A DNA stretch of 64,000 nt, from positions 5,084,001-5,148,000 of the forward strand of contig CM007990.1 in assembly GCA_002189035.1 (NCBI GenBank). Reading direction: 5' to 3'. The notes under the pieces are model-generated. The model made no database searches and was not told where the DNA came from. It worked only from the letters and a program-made list of their open reading frames with translations. Below are positions 13,478 through 26,471 of the stretch, piece after piece. Each line of letters opens with the position of its first letter. The first letter of the stretch is position 1. Source of the stretch: Utricularia gibba (Eukaryota; Plantae; Magnoliophyta). Made by a program: the position numbers and the translations under genes.

Positions 13478-13556
13478 TGGGCCTTTGAGTAATAGGCCCA
13501 GCCCGATTGTATGTGAGAGAATGAGGGAGCTGCCCCTCACATTATGAGCCGGCCCA
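13478..13556. promoter_or_regulatory. Cluster of site II motifs (TGGGCC/GGCCCA)
   Basis: TGGGCC 13478-13483, GGCCCA 13495-13500 and 13551-13556, plus AGCCCG. No securely annotated gene starts immediately next to it. Confidence 0.45.
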
Positions 13557-14693
13557 AATTATACGAAATGGAAGGAAGGGGCTCCATTCCGACCTACCCA
13601 TTTTTATACAACTTCCGTAAATGATTCAAAAATAGAAAATGTCTACAGAAAGCCTCCTTTTAAGACCAAGGCTTAATCGAAACATTGGTTTTTTAGTTCT
13701 AAATGCAGATTTCACAATGACTTTGAAATAGCATGTTATAGATAATATAAATTATCACGATTTGAAAAATATGACATCGAAAATGAACAATGTACCAAGG
13801 AATCATATGATCATGGAATATTCCTCGAATCTGAAAAGACAAAGCTTAGTGCAAATGATTCCATCAAAAACCCAAAATTTTAGTCATTGTATAATATTCA
13901 TATATTTTGGAAACCACTAATCATACATTGGAATCTATCATCCTTTCATTGGTGTGTGAAATAAAATAATTATAAAAGTATCTGCTTTATAATAATATAT
14001 ATTATTTCTAATCAAATCAATATTTTATTTAATGATGTTTTGTTGGCTTTAGCATTAATTAGGAAGGAATTAACTACCTGCCGGAATCGCTGAGTTGCCG
14101 CCGTTTACTGATTTGTGGGCTCGAAGCAAATCAAATGATCCACGAGTCCCAGTGCTCGGAGTGCTCTCCTCTCCTTTATCTTTTCTGTTCTGCCGTCAGT
14201 CAGTTTTTCTTCTGGAGTCAGTCTGCTCTGTCAAAAGACAGAGTTTTTAATGAAACCCAGAGTTGCAGACAACTCCTCAAATAAGGTGTAATGAAAAGCT
14301 TAAAAGAAGAGCAATGGCGTAACTGAAACGAGAACTGGGGTAACAACGGCTTCACTTTCTACTTTGTACTCTGGATATCGATCTACAGTTTTTTTTTTTT
14401 TTTTTCGGTGAGGGACCGGGCCCTCCACCATCGGATTGATTCAACATTGCTCTGGGTATCCTCAAATTCCATTGCTTTCTTCTTCTGTCTCGAGATTTGG
14501 GTCTGTTGCTTTTTCGTCTCTCTCCTTGAATTCTGCTTTGCTGTGGTTTTGTGTTCCTTTTTCTCCCTTCTGTCAGGCTAAAATGGCCGACACGTAGAAC
14601 CCACAAATTGCAAGACCAGACAAGGAAATCCTCTTGCTTCTCTCTGCTTATATTCCTCCCATTGTGTTCTTTGGTTTCTCTCTTGCGGCTGCG

Positions 14694-15446
14694 ATGAAGA
14701 CAGTGGAAGCTCATGATTCGCTTACATTCTCTAGAAGGTACTTCAGTTGGAAAAACAAAGTTGCTGAGGAGCAAGAGGATGATGATTTTGAAGAACCCGC
14801 CATTGCTTTCACCGCCAAGTCTGCAGAGAAACAGAGCAGTTCTGATCCGGCGCCACGGAGAAAGCTCTACCTGATGGCGGTTCCCAAGTTGCGTTTTGCA
14901 CTTTCCATGGGATTAGGTAGGAGCAGAACCCAGCACACTTCTGGGCTGGGGACGAAGGTCCTGGGAACCCTTTTCGGACAGAGACGCGGCCATGTCCATT
15001 TCGCTTTCCAAGAGGATTTCAAGCAAAGACCAGCTTTCCTCGTGGAGCTAGCAACTCCGACAAGCATTCTTGTTAAGGAAATGGCTTCCGGGCTTGTAAG
15101 AATCGTTCTGGAGTCCGAGAAAAAGACGGAGAAAAAAGCGATGAAGCTTCTGGATGAGCCCATCTGGAAAACCTACTGCAACGGGAAGAAATGTGGGTAC
15201 GCGATTCGCAGGGATTGCAATTTGGCGGAATGGAAAGTCCTGAATGCAATCGGGCCGATTTCAATGGGCGCAGGCGTGCTTCCGGCGCCCGTAGAGGCCG
15301 GAGACTCCGACCCCGACGGAGAGATGATGTTCATGAGAGCCAAGTTCGAAAGAGTCGTTGGGTCCAAAGATTCAGAAGCCTTCTACATGATGAATCCTGA
15401 TGGGAACGGAGGTCCAGAGCTCAGTCTCTACCTACTCAGACTCTAA
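14694..15446 (+). CDS. MIZU-KUSSEI 1-like / DUF617 protein (250 aa, intronless)
   Basis: GTLFGQRRGHVHFAFQED, LVELATPT..LVKEMASGLVRIVLE, WKTYCNGKKCGYA, SMGAGVLP and MRAKFERVVGSKDSEAFYMMNPDGNGGPELSLYLLR are DUF617 hallmarks. First ATG is at 14694. Confidence 0.92.
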   Translation: MKTVEAHDSLTFSRRYFSWKNKVAEEQEDDDFEEPAIAFTAKSAEKQSSSDPAPRRKLYLMAVPKLRFALSMGLGRSRTQHTSGLGTKVLGTLFGQRRGHVHFAFQEDFKQRPAFLVELATPTSILVKEMASGLVRIVLESEKKTEKKAMKLLDEPIWKTYCNGKKCGYAIRRDCNLAEWKVLNAIGPISMGAGVLPAPVEAGDSDPDGEMMFMRAKFERVVGSKDSEAFYMMNPDGNGGPELSLYLLRL

Positions 15447-17782
15447 GTGACTCTTCTTTGCACCAAAGAATAAGATCTAGTCCATTTCCTTGTTATGTAG
15501 TCCATTTTGGATTTGCGGTGTGGTATAAGAGAGGCTGGTAGTGGTGGTGAGAACTCAGAGGAGGTATATCTGTGAATAGGAGGTATAAGCTTCACTTGCT
15601 TGTCCTTGTCATCTATACCATGACCCATGGCTCCGGCCGACCGGAGTTTCATCTAATTATTCCTGTCTCCATCTCCCTCTCCCCACCTCCATGTCTTCCA
15701 CTGGTTCAATGGCAGACAACCACTAACAACATCTCTGCATTCAAAACACCATCATTCCCCCTGCTTGAATTCAGCGTCTGTAAATCATTCCGATTGGAAC
15801 ACAGAAAATTAATGATACCCAGAAAACGTAAACAATTATTGGATGTTTCTTCGCATGCGCCGCTGAGTGACAAAACATTGCCCCTGTCGACACATCGCAG
15901 GTACATGTTGGAGTGAAGACAAGAAGTGCTGGGCGCAGAAGGGCCAAAATTGTCTACTTGCAGACTCTACTCCCTCCCCGGCAGCCCGCCCTGTTCTCTT
16001 CTCTTCCAAGTTCAAAACTTCAAACCACTCCCTCCGCCGCCGAAGATCTGCTATTCAAACGGACGGCCGACCGGCAAAATGATCAATCCATCCCACTAAA
16101 TAATGATGAAAATCGTTTTCGAAATATAAAATATACTAAATTAGATAATAAAATTCTCAATATATCTAATCTATAATATTTCTTATCATGATTAGAATAT
16201 ATTATTTAAGAAAAAATATATTATATTGAAATTTTGGAATTTTCTAAACATAACAAGAACTTCTCAATTTACCCTCTTATATAGAACATAAATTGGTCGT
16301 ATTTGATAACAAAAATAATTTTTATAAAAAAAAATATTTTACACTGAATCTAATAATATGAGTGTAAACTTCAAACTAAAGATGGTATAAAGTTCTTTTC
16401 AAGAAAGTCAAATTCCATAGGACCTTTTGATTTATGTAATGGGTATTGAATGAGTTTAAATTATTTGGGGATGAAATATATCAAAATAATTCTAGATATA
16501 AGTGATATAAAATTAATTATCAACATATTTAATTGATAATTTTGGACAAATTTGAATGAATGTATCTATGTATTTGATCGATTTAGTATAAATCATTATT
16601 AAAATAATAATAATAATAGTGCATGATATTTCATTTGCACCAAATATAAAATAAGTCTCATCACAAAAATAGATAAAAATTGTCATTTAAATATTTTTTA
16701 TTTTTGAATTATCGAGAATTAAAATAAAAAGAAAATGATTTCTGATGGTCAAAAAAAACGTGTGAAACAAAAGAAGTTATTCTGGCGGTCCTCTTGGACT
16801 GGTCTAAAAGCGGTTTCCATTCTTTTCATGCTTACTGTCTCCATCCCCTTCTTCTTTCCACGTGTCACCGTGGCCCCACCCTCCTCCTCTTTTCCACTAT
16901 TATATTAATTAATTAATATTTATCAAAATGAAGACGCTTGTTGGGCCTATTTTGGGCCTACCTTTCCGCAAGCAAACCTCTCTGTCCACCCATTAAGCAA
17001 CTGGACACTGACGAAGCAAGCATCCCGCGTATTTTTCGTATTTTTGAAAAAAAAATAGAATTATTGGAGAAAAATACGAGAATAATTCAATTAATGATAT
17101 ATTTGAATTATTTATTTTTAGATAAATGAAAATTATTTAATTAAAATTGAAATTTTTTTTATAAATAAATGTATGGTTTCTATTTTTTTAGATATAATTA
17201 ATTATAATTATAAATTTTGAATGATATTGAATTCCACACAATTTTGTAAATTGTTGAATGAACTAGTTATTTAATAATATCAATTAAATCATTAAATATT
17301 CATTAGTATAAATTATATATTTTTTTATAATTCAAATAATGAACATTCAACTTATTTGAAATATTTATTATTATTTTGAATCCAATGCAGGATAATCATT
17401 AAAACTTTTTGATTTTCAATAATATTTTTATATAAAAGTTTATGAACATTCTCAAATCTTGTAACATTGATAGAAATTGAAATTGTATTTGATGTATATT
17501 TTTTAAAAATTTTTACTTAGATGAAATATTTAAGATAAATGTAAATAAAATAAAATAAAATATCGATTAAATTTCTGAAAATTATATTTGAATAAATTAT
17601 GTAAAAAACATATTTATTAAAAAAAACATATTTACGAGTAAAAAGATAAGAAAGTAGTTTTGGAATGTGAATCGCCGTACGTGCGTGTGGTCGGTTACAG
17701 TTTACCGTCTTCAGGTTTTTGGTTTTCTCTGCTGCACTGCGCTGCAATGCAACAAGCGACGCAGAAGCCTCCTTAAGCTACG

Positions 17783-19237
17783 TTACGAGAAGATAACAAG
17801 GACGGCAGCCATGGACAATGCTACGTAGAGAGAGACGCCAAACCCGTTTACAGAAGAAGCTGCTACCGAAACTCGATCATGTTCCCTTCTGGCAGATGAA
17901 TATTCCGCAGCACGGTGCCCCGCGTATTTCATGTTGCTAGTTTCGCTGCATCGTTTCATCCCAGGCGGCGCTGGGGTGGTGTCGAAGGGGATGCAGAGAT
18001 TTGGGTTTCCCCAGGCCTCGAAGCGCGGCCCTAATCTGCTGTAAAACCCTGGTGAGAATCTCAGCGCCCCTGTTAAATTGTTCCCTTGGACGTACATTGC
18101 GCTGATGTTTGGTAAAGATTCGATCTTTTCTGGGATGTTTCCGATCAGATTGTTGTGACTGAGGCGCAAGAATCTCAGGGCTTTTAGATTAGATAGGGTG
18201 TCTGGGATTCTGCCGGCGAGGCTCATGTTTGAGAGGTCCACTGCGTTGAGGCTTTTCAGGTGGTGTAACTGCAGGGTCATGATTTCTCCACCGGTGGGAT
18301 TGTTTGAGAAGATTAGCTCTTGTAGGGAGGCAAGTTTTTGGATTGAATTCGATAACCCTCCGGTCAGTCTGTTGCTGCTCAAATCCAAGAGTGTCAACTT
18401 TTCAAGATTTCCCAACTGTTCAGGAATGTTTCCGGTCAACTGGTTGTTGCTGAGGTCAAGTTTAATCAGTGAGATCAGTTCGCCGAGAGAAGGCGGTATT
18501 TCGCCGGAGAGTGAGTTTCTGCTGATATCAAGAATCAGAAGCTGCTTCAATTCACCAAAAGTCGCCGGGATTTCGCCCGTGAGAGAGTTTCTGGCAAGAT
18601 TCAGTCGTTTCAAGTTGGGTAAATAGCCAAGATTCTCTGGTAACCCTCCTGTTAATCTGTTTTCCATCAGCACTAAAGATTTCAAGCTTCTCAAGCCACC
18701 CAAGTTGGCGGGAATCTCTCCGATGAGGCCTCGATTTGATCTGAACTCCAATGACTGTAATGTCTCAGACAAAAGCTCCCATTTCTGAGACGGAAGGGCC
18801 ACCGGAGAAACGAAGCAGTTGAAGAAGGAAAGTGATTTGAGTTTCTGTAAAGAAAACATCTTCGGACTAAACTCCACTCTTTGATCACAGGTGAGGGAGT
18901 TTTCCTGAACTGGGCCGATGCTGATATCCGTAACATACCAGAAGCCATTCATTATGTCACAAGCAACGCCCTGTTCGATTCATCAACAAAAAATCACAGA
19001 GAGAACTGACAAAAACTGCAATAAAACAGATGAGAATAACGGAACCTGAATAGGGGTCCATCCACAAGGATCCGGATAGAGATCTGATCCATTCCACCAT
19101 TTCCCAACGAAGCCCTGAATAGTAGAATACAAAGCTTGCTTCTCTGCTTCCTTCATTAACGCTGCAGAAGCGTCATCATCTTCACAAGTCACCGAAACTA
19201 TGCAAACGACGAGAACTGCGAGTCTCCAAAGCTTCAT
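17783..19237 (-). CDS. LRR receptor-like protein, PII-2 type (exons 19237..19046 and 18970..17783; 459 aa)
   Basis: Signal peptide MKLWRLAVLVVCIVSVTC; WNGSDLYPDPCGWTPIQ|GVACD across a 75-nt GT-AG intron; about 10 plant LRRs (LxxLxLxxNxLTGxIP); hydrophobic C-tail and no kinase domain. Confidence 0.9.
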
Positions 19238-20763
19238 GGTCACCCAAAACCCAAAGGGTGTCAAGAAACGATTTTTACCATGAACCCAGAATCATGGAAA
19301 CAAGGAGCGTCGAAAAAGAGGAAGAGTGTAGAGTTGCAGAGGCGTAGGGTGCATTCAAAGATGAAGAAAATTTGATCGGTTTGATAAGAACAAGCTATGG
19401 AATTAATAAGCTGGCTATATTTGTTGAAGGTGACACGCACGACCGTAGAGAAAAGGATCGGAGAGAGTGATTGGGATCTAGTAAACTTGGCAGGGAAAGC
19501 AATAAAGTAATGGGGTTCTTTGAAGTTATATTTTTTTTTCATTTTGGTTCCCCGGGGGACCATTTTGCAGGCAAGCATGCATGCAAATGCAATGAAACAG
19601 AGGAGGAGGAAGATGTGGTGGTTTTTGTCTCCGGGTAGTTTGTCAGAGGTCTTTTCTCAGTTGCTGCCTGGTTTTCCGCAGAGATTGGTCTGGCATCAAA
19701 ATCAGATCAAGGAGGCATCCCTAAAACTCTAGCAAGGGTGCACTTGTGTTGGAAAGGATCATGCAACAACAAGCTGATTACCGTGAATCTGGATTTAGTT
19801 CAGAATGGAAGAAAGTGGTTAAGCAGTAGAATCTGAAACTGATGAATGTTGAAGTTAAGAATAAGAGGAGGTTATTCATCTTCTTCACAAAAAATGTGGT
19901 TTTGTAGGGGTGGCATATGGGAAGGGACCACGAAATCTGGGGTACACAGACAGGACCCAAGCACAAGCACCATTCATTCATTCATCACCTACGGGTTCAG
20001 CCCGGTCCCCCCTCGGCCCCCAAAACACAATGTGAATCGTCGTTTTCTCTTCCATTGTCCTGCTTTCATCATCACCAATGCGAAATATAGGAACCATATC
20101 TCCCCCCAAAACATTTTTCATCTTTCTTTTTGCCTTCTAAGTTGGCTACAGTGATCTAAAAAATCAGAACTTGGAAAGTTCTATGATTTTTTATGTAGCA
20201 TCTTCTTCCAGCTGATGAGCCTGGGGAAAGAAGACTTGCGTCGGGGTGGAGATGCCGCCAACAGAACAAAAAGGGTCCCCGGAGGAAATGGTGACGCGGT
20301 CACTCACTAGGCCTAAAATAAATGAATAAGCAGCAGACTTTTGGACCAGAGACATAATGGCAAAAACAGACAGCCACCAACTGGGGTAGATTTCAGCTTA
20401 TGGAAAAAAAAATTCCATCATGAAGATGAGATACCAAGTTGAAGGTGTGTGTATCCACGCATACCGATAGGGAGGTTGGTTGTTTGAAACTCGGTGAAGA
20501 GAAGGGAGATTAAGCAAGAAGATGATGATCAGTTCTGAGTTTGAAGAAGATTAGTGTGCATTATCATTCAGTTATGTGGGGACAGAGCCCGGTGGAAGAT
20601 GCTCGGACATAAAGAAACCATTATGTCTCAGTAATGTGACGACTGCCATGATTTGGTTATAAAAGCTTAGAATGTAATACAGGGTGGAGAAATACCTAGG
20701 AAATGGCAATGGCCTATTATGAAGCTTTTATATATAAAAAAAGGCTCATAGCTTTCAAGTTGT

Positions 20764-22340
20764 CACGGATGTGAAAAAGTTCCACAATTTATGGGGGTGG
20801 AAGCATAACCTGCATCTTCACCATCTTCATTTTCTAGATGGTCATCAATCTCGTTTGGGTTTTCACCAAAGTTCTACACAGTCCCATTCAGCTCCTCAGT
20901 CACCTCCAGAATTCTGGTCAACTTACCCAGCATCAGAATTACCAGGTGCATGGTTAATTGAAGCCTGAAAGTCATAGAAAGTACATGAGTCTACACAATG
21001 AATAGACAGCAAGAGGTGGCATTCATGAAACAGAAAAAGGAAGGCAATGCAGAAGTAGACTTTAGCACCTCTCTCGTAATGCTTTGACTTAAACCCTTCA
21101 GAAGGATGGGTTCTCCCGGTATTTTCCACATAACGAAATTTTTTTTCCAGAAACTCCATTCCCCAAAGCCAGCTTGCCATCCACTCAAAATTTCGACAAT
21201 TCCTAATTCCTAAATGCTTCAGGATGGAAACAACTTTCTCTGTATACCGCATGAACTCTTGCTGCATTGTTTTCCTATGAAATGGATCATGAAGCTCATT
21301 GGCATCCTTCAGAATTTCTGTCTCCTGCTTTTCCATCTGCTGTTTGTTCATGGCAGTGTTCTCTTCCTCAAGCTTTAAAACTTCCTTCAAGTGCCTGGTA
21401 GTTTTCCATCTCAATCTTCTTCTCCAGTGCTGTCCCTCTTTCTTCAGAAATGTTCTCAATTTCCCACTTTTTCTCTTCTGCATCTCATCCCCAAGATGCT
21501 TTCTGGAGACCTCAAACTCATCGATTATATATATTCATAATCAAATCGAGCTTTTTCATGAAGTAACAATTGCTCATACTTCATTGAAACTTCTGAAAAG
21601 ATTATTTTGAGAGTTTTAACATATTTCAATTCTCTCATCACATCTTCATTGAAACTTGAGTTTTCTTTCCAAAAAAGAATAACCAAAATTCTGAAAAGCA
21701 TAGATCATCTCAGCAACTGAGCGCTTCTCAGCATCCAAAGCACTTCTCATACTTGATTCACGCTCCTCCTCTTCAGCAATATCTATTAAATTTGCTGTTC
21801 TTTCACGTTTAAGCATCTCAGATGCTTCTCGAACTGATCCCTGAAGTTCTTCCTTTTTTAAAGCCCACTCATTTTTCTCGAGTAGCAGCAGTATCATATT
21901 CTGCTGATAATTCAAAAGCCGGAAAAAAACAAGGTACTGCCAATACGTCACACGATACGATAGGAAAGCTTAAGAGGGGTTCCACTTAATGAAAAACTTC
22001 AAGGAAAATGCATCCATCACCTCTCATTCGAGGCGCTGTATTCAACACCTCGTCGCCTCTCAATCACGTCTCTGCACTAAGGCCTTACGTAACAAACCCG
22101 CCTCCCGAAACGTCTTCCAGTCCTCCATATCTCTCTGCGCTCTGGAATCCCATCATCGTCACTCCACAGGATCGTCGGAGGCGCCCCCGGCTCATCGAAG
22201 AAAGCCACCACTTTCTCCTTCCTCGAAGTGTTTATCATGCGATCCGCCCAACTCTTCTCAGCTTTGCCGCCCAAAGTGGCGGCGATCGGGCGAAACCGCA
22301 ACCGTGGCCGCTGGTCTTCTCCTTTTTAGGAGGTAGACAA
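20764..22340 (-). pseudogene. CRWN: Degenerate CROWDED NUCLEI / NMCP1-type nuclear lamina gene
   Basis: Collinear CRWN motifs across shifting frames: KEKVVAFFDEP; DMEDWKTFREAGLL..RRD*EA..IQRLE*E (22131..22021, three stops); LLNYQQNMILLLLEKNEW..LKRERTANLIDIAE; ILKDANEL..RNC; MASWL; and C-terminal KLWNFFTS (about 20790..20767). Splice sites look mutated and the span is far shorter than a ~1100-aa CRWN CDS. Confidence 0.87.
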
Positions 22341-22392
22341 ACTGGAGGATTTTGTCCTGTAAAGGGTAAAACGGTAAATAAACCAAAAGGCC

Positions 22393-22401
22393 AAACCCTA
22401 G
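22393..22401 (+). promoter_or_regulatory. Telo-box (AAACCCTAG) followed by TATA-like CTATAAA upstream of DCP5
   Basis: Exact AAACCCTAG at 22393-22401, about 120 nt before the DCP5 ATG. Telo-boxes are typical of RNA-metabolism and translation genes. Confidence 0.6.
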
Positions 22402-22520
22402 CCTATAAAGACCTTCCGCACTGGGTGAAAATTTCCTTGCTTCGGTTATCTGTACATATCAGAGGCTCCTAACCTGAACGCGATTTTTGTACAGCGTTAA
22501 CGGGTAGGTAATATACAGAG

Positions 22521-25500
22521 ATGGCCGCTGAGGGCTCATCGGCCGCGCTGGGCAGTAGATCTGCCTCCGGTGGGGCAACTGCGGATTCGTATATCGGCAG
22601 CGTGATTAGTTTGACATCGAAGAGTGAGATTAGGTACGAAGGCATACTCTACAACATCAACACTGAAGAGTCCAGCATCGGTCTACAAAGCGGTGAGGGA
22701 TTTTGGATTTCTTTTTCATTTGGGGGAGAATGGGGATTCGTTCCAGATTTTCTTTTGTGAATTGCGTTTGACTGATTGTCATCTTTCACTTATCGGCTAC
22801 TGATTTGCTGCGTGTGTGCGGCTGTATTTTGTTTCCTATTGCTTTATCACTGATTGAAGAAGATTAACCTATTTGTAGCGTAGGAACGCTTCTTGCCACA
22901 TCTCTTAAAAAGTCGATCTTGAAGCCATTCTATTGAATGCTTATGCTGTTTCTGGGGCTTTTAGATTTGTAGCACATCAACCACTGTTTCTCCTCATGTA
23001 ATAGTCCATTTGGGGGAACCTAAATTCCTATTCTCAATATTCACAGTTAGGTCTTTCGGAACGGAAGGGCGAAAAAAGGATGGTCCTCAAGTTCCCCCAA
23101 GCGACAAAGTATATGAATACATATTATTCAGGGGGAGCGATATCAAGGTATCATTATGATTTCTTGTGTTCCACATATTGCTTGCATGAAGTTGAATTTT
23201 TTTTCCTGTTTCACATTAGATCTCTACGTTTTCTACATATTGAACAAGAAAATAAGATCTATCGATTTATGCCTTATCTTTATATTTCATGTCAATTCTT
23301 TTTTCTAGTCGAGCATGTTCTTCTGTAATGACTTGTTTTTTGGATTTAGAAAATAAACTAACTTCCCTGCAAAGCGTTTCTGTGTTGGTTTGATCCTTCT
23401 AATGCCTTGTTTATAAACTCAGGACTTACAGGTGAAATCTTCCCCGACGATACAGAGTACACCACCTATAAACAATGATCCTGCAATTATTCAGGCTAGT
23501 ACCATCTGAATGTTGGTTTTAATGTCTTGTGAGCGAACTAGCTCTGACCCTTCTACATTACAGTCTCATTATCCTCATCCCACGGGCCAGCCTTCGAGCT
23601 TGCCTACTGCACCAGGAGCGTCTCTTCCAGATCATGGTTCTAACACTTCTCAAGTGGGACTTTCTGGCTCTAATTTTCAAGGTGGTCTTCCATTATATCA
23701 ACCTGGGGGTAACTTAAACTCTTGGGGTCCTCCTCCGTCAAATGCAAATGCAGGTGGCTTGCCTATGCCTATGTATTGGCAAGGGTTCTATGGTGCCCCT
23801 GGAGGTCTTCCACAGCTTCCTCAACAATCGATGCTTGTTCCACCTTCTGGATTGCAGATTCCATCCAGTATGCAGCATATGCAATTCTCTGGTTTTAGAT
23901 CGTCCCTTCCATTGGCAATGCCAACGCTTCCTACTTCTGGAGTTCAAGATCATTCGCTTGCACCTCCCAGCATTCCTAACTCCTCCAGTTTAACCTCCAA
24001 CTCCATCCCTCCAATTTTTCCCTTGAGCATTCCACCATCTCAGACAGGTCCACCTGCACCAGAAACTTCAAGCAGTTTTCCACCGAATAAAGCACCTAGT
24101 TCTGCTATTGCTGCGTCAATGCCAATTTCTAGCTTACCACAGTTCGCTAGGCTGCCCCCTTCAGTTTCTGATATTTCAGGAGCACCCCCTGTTGCTATCA
24201 AGACTATTTCTATTCCTGGTCCACCAGCACTAGGAACACAGCAAAATTTGTCTTCGCAGAGAATAGAACCTATTGCAGCCAGTAGCGGTTCTGTGGTGTC
24301 AGATGTACCAACGCCACCACTTGTTACTCCAGGCCAGTTATTGCAGCCCGTAGCTAATGCTTCTACTCAGATATTACAAACAGCACAGAAAGATGTTGAA
24401 GTTGTCCAAGTCTCTCCTAAGCAACAATCTGAGCCCTTGGTTCATTCGGAAACAGAAGCTCAAGCACCAATATTGCCTTCACTACCGAACGCCAGAATAC
24501 ATCAGGTATTTGTGCTTTCATAGTCTTTCCTATTAATTAAGCCAGTTGTTTTGTTTTAAAAATTTACTTCTATATGGTCACTGCAACTTGACATTTTTCA
24601 TCCTCATTGCTTTTTAGTCAAATGGAAATTCTCACAACTCACGGAACAACAACAGAGGTCGTGGTGGAAGAGCGAATATGGTAAGAAAATTGGCCTCTCT
24701 ACTGCATAAAGCAGGTTATTTTGTCTTTGGCCCTTTTTGTGTTGTATTGTGCGTCTCTCAATTTCGTGACATACTCCATGCACCTCATGAAGAATTTAGT
24801 TTGCTCTTTATATTAATAGGGATGTAACCTTGAGCTATCCAGTTATTTATCGTAAAATGAATTTACGCTGGTGCATATGTGACTTGCTGATACTGTACTT
24901 TATTTTGTCTCACTATGGTGCATTTTGTATTCAGATGCCACGCCCAGTGACAAAATTTACTGAGGATTTTGACTTTACTGCCATGAATGAGAAATTCAAC
25001 AAAGATGAAGTTTGGGGAAATCTGGGAAAAGGCAACAAGTCTCTGTCCAAGGATAAAGAAGTGTATGAAAGCAGTAACACTGCAGAAGGGGTACAAGATG
25101 AGGATGACCATGAACTTCAAAAAATCGAGACAAGGGTAAGTTTCATGAAAAATTAGCGCCGAATATGTGGATTATGGCTCATGATATGCGTTACGTTCGT
25201 GACTTTTGCAGTCTGTCTACAACAAGGATGACTTTTTTGACACCCTATCTTGCAATGCTTTGGACAACGATCCTAATCATGGAAGGACAAGATATTCTGA
25301 GCAAATGAAGTTGGACACAGAGGTATGCCCCGTTCTTAGTTGTATATCCATTCATGTTTTTGAAGCCATCTGATGAAAATGCACAATCTTTCAGACATTC
25401 GGAGAATTTTCAAGGTATCGTGGTGGACGAGGAGGTCGTGGACCTTATCGTGGTGGCCGCGGAGGACGTGGTTCTTTCCATGGAAGAGGCTATGCCGGTG

Positions 25501-25562
25501 GTAGATCTCATGGCTTCATGGCTAGGGGGCGCGGCCGAGGTGTGCAGGGTCGATTATCTTAG
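22521..25562 (+). CDS. DCP5: DECAPPING 5 (LSm14/RAP55 family P-body protein)
   Basis: LSm14 domain [40 protein letters not shown]; low-complexity middle; FDF ([21 protein letters not shown]), FFD ([12 protein letters not shown]) and TFG (KLDTETFG) boxes; RGG tail; stop TAG 25560-25562. Confidence 0.96.
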
Positions 25563-26471
25563 GACGCATCAGCAGAGACACTGTCCCTAAGAGGCCAGCA
25601 GCTGCTCAATTCAGGGTTTATCGTAGGTTAAAATGCCAATCTTTGTAGGGCTTTCATGTAACATGAATGCTTTTTAGCGTCTTTGATCCACTGGCCCCTT
25701 TTAAATCTCTCCTTGCTTTTTCCATTACCATGTGGTCAAATGTTAAAACAAAGAAACTTGCAGTTCACTGCGTTTGTCTGTAACATTTATGGTAATGGAA
25801 AGAGAGTAGTAGGATTTCTTTTAGTACCGTTGGCCACCAACTTGATATTATGTTCCAACAATTCACTGCCACATGGCTTTTTGGATAAGTAGCGTCGTTT
25901 CAACTGCCTGTCTGTCTATCCTTGCTACAGAATAGACATGTTTCTGCAAGAAACAAAGTTTATATGCTTAACTTTCCCTTCTAAATCCACCATAGTTCAA
26001 ACACATGAGATGTTCATTTTGTATTATATTTGCATGATGCTGTCATATCCCTTCTTATCAGGTTCTCATTTTGTCACATCAGTGCTCTTTCAACTTGTCT
26101 CCGTAGCCACTAGAAACTAGTGGTTCCTATAATTCCTGTGGGAAAATTTTGTCATGTGAGAAATTTATGTTGAACACCGGTGAGGCCGTTTTTGTTCTTG
26201 TCTTTTACCAGCCAAGGGTCCTTAGTGCTCTGAAGAAGATAATGCTTGGAAATTTTAGTGGGATCTGTTACTTCTTCATATTGGGAATTCTAGCTTGAAT
26301 TAGTGTTGATGGGTTGATGGAAAATCTCTTCTCTGGTGAATTCAATGAAGGGTTTCACAGGAATGAAGGAAGAGGAGGCTCTGACAGCTTATTCTAAATT
26401 GCCCTCCTTATCGTATTGGTAGATGGGTGGTGGAAGATTCTTTCTGTGGCATCTCTGATACTGCTCCTGCC

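Noticed and set aside
15450-16100. GC-moderate region with splice-like signals downstream of the MIZ1-like gene
   Set aside because: No ATG-initiated spliced frame with recognisable homology could be built on either strand.
22077-22301. Initially read as a LINE ORF1 fragment (SWADRM..)
   Set aside because: The adjacent frame gives DMEDWKTFREAGLL, identifying it as CRWN exon 1.
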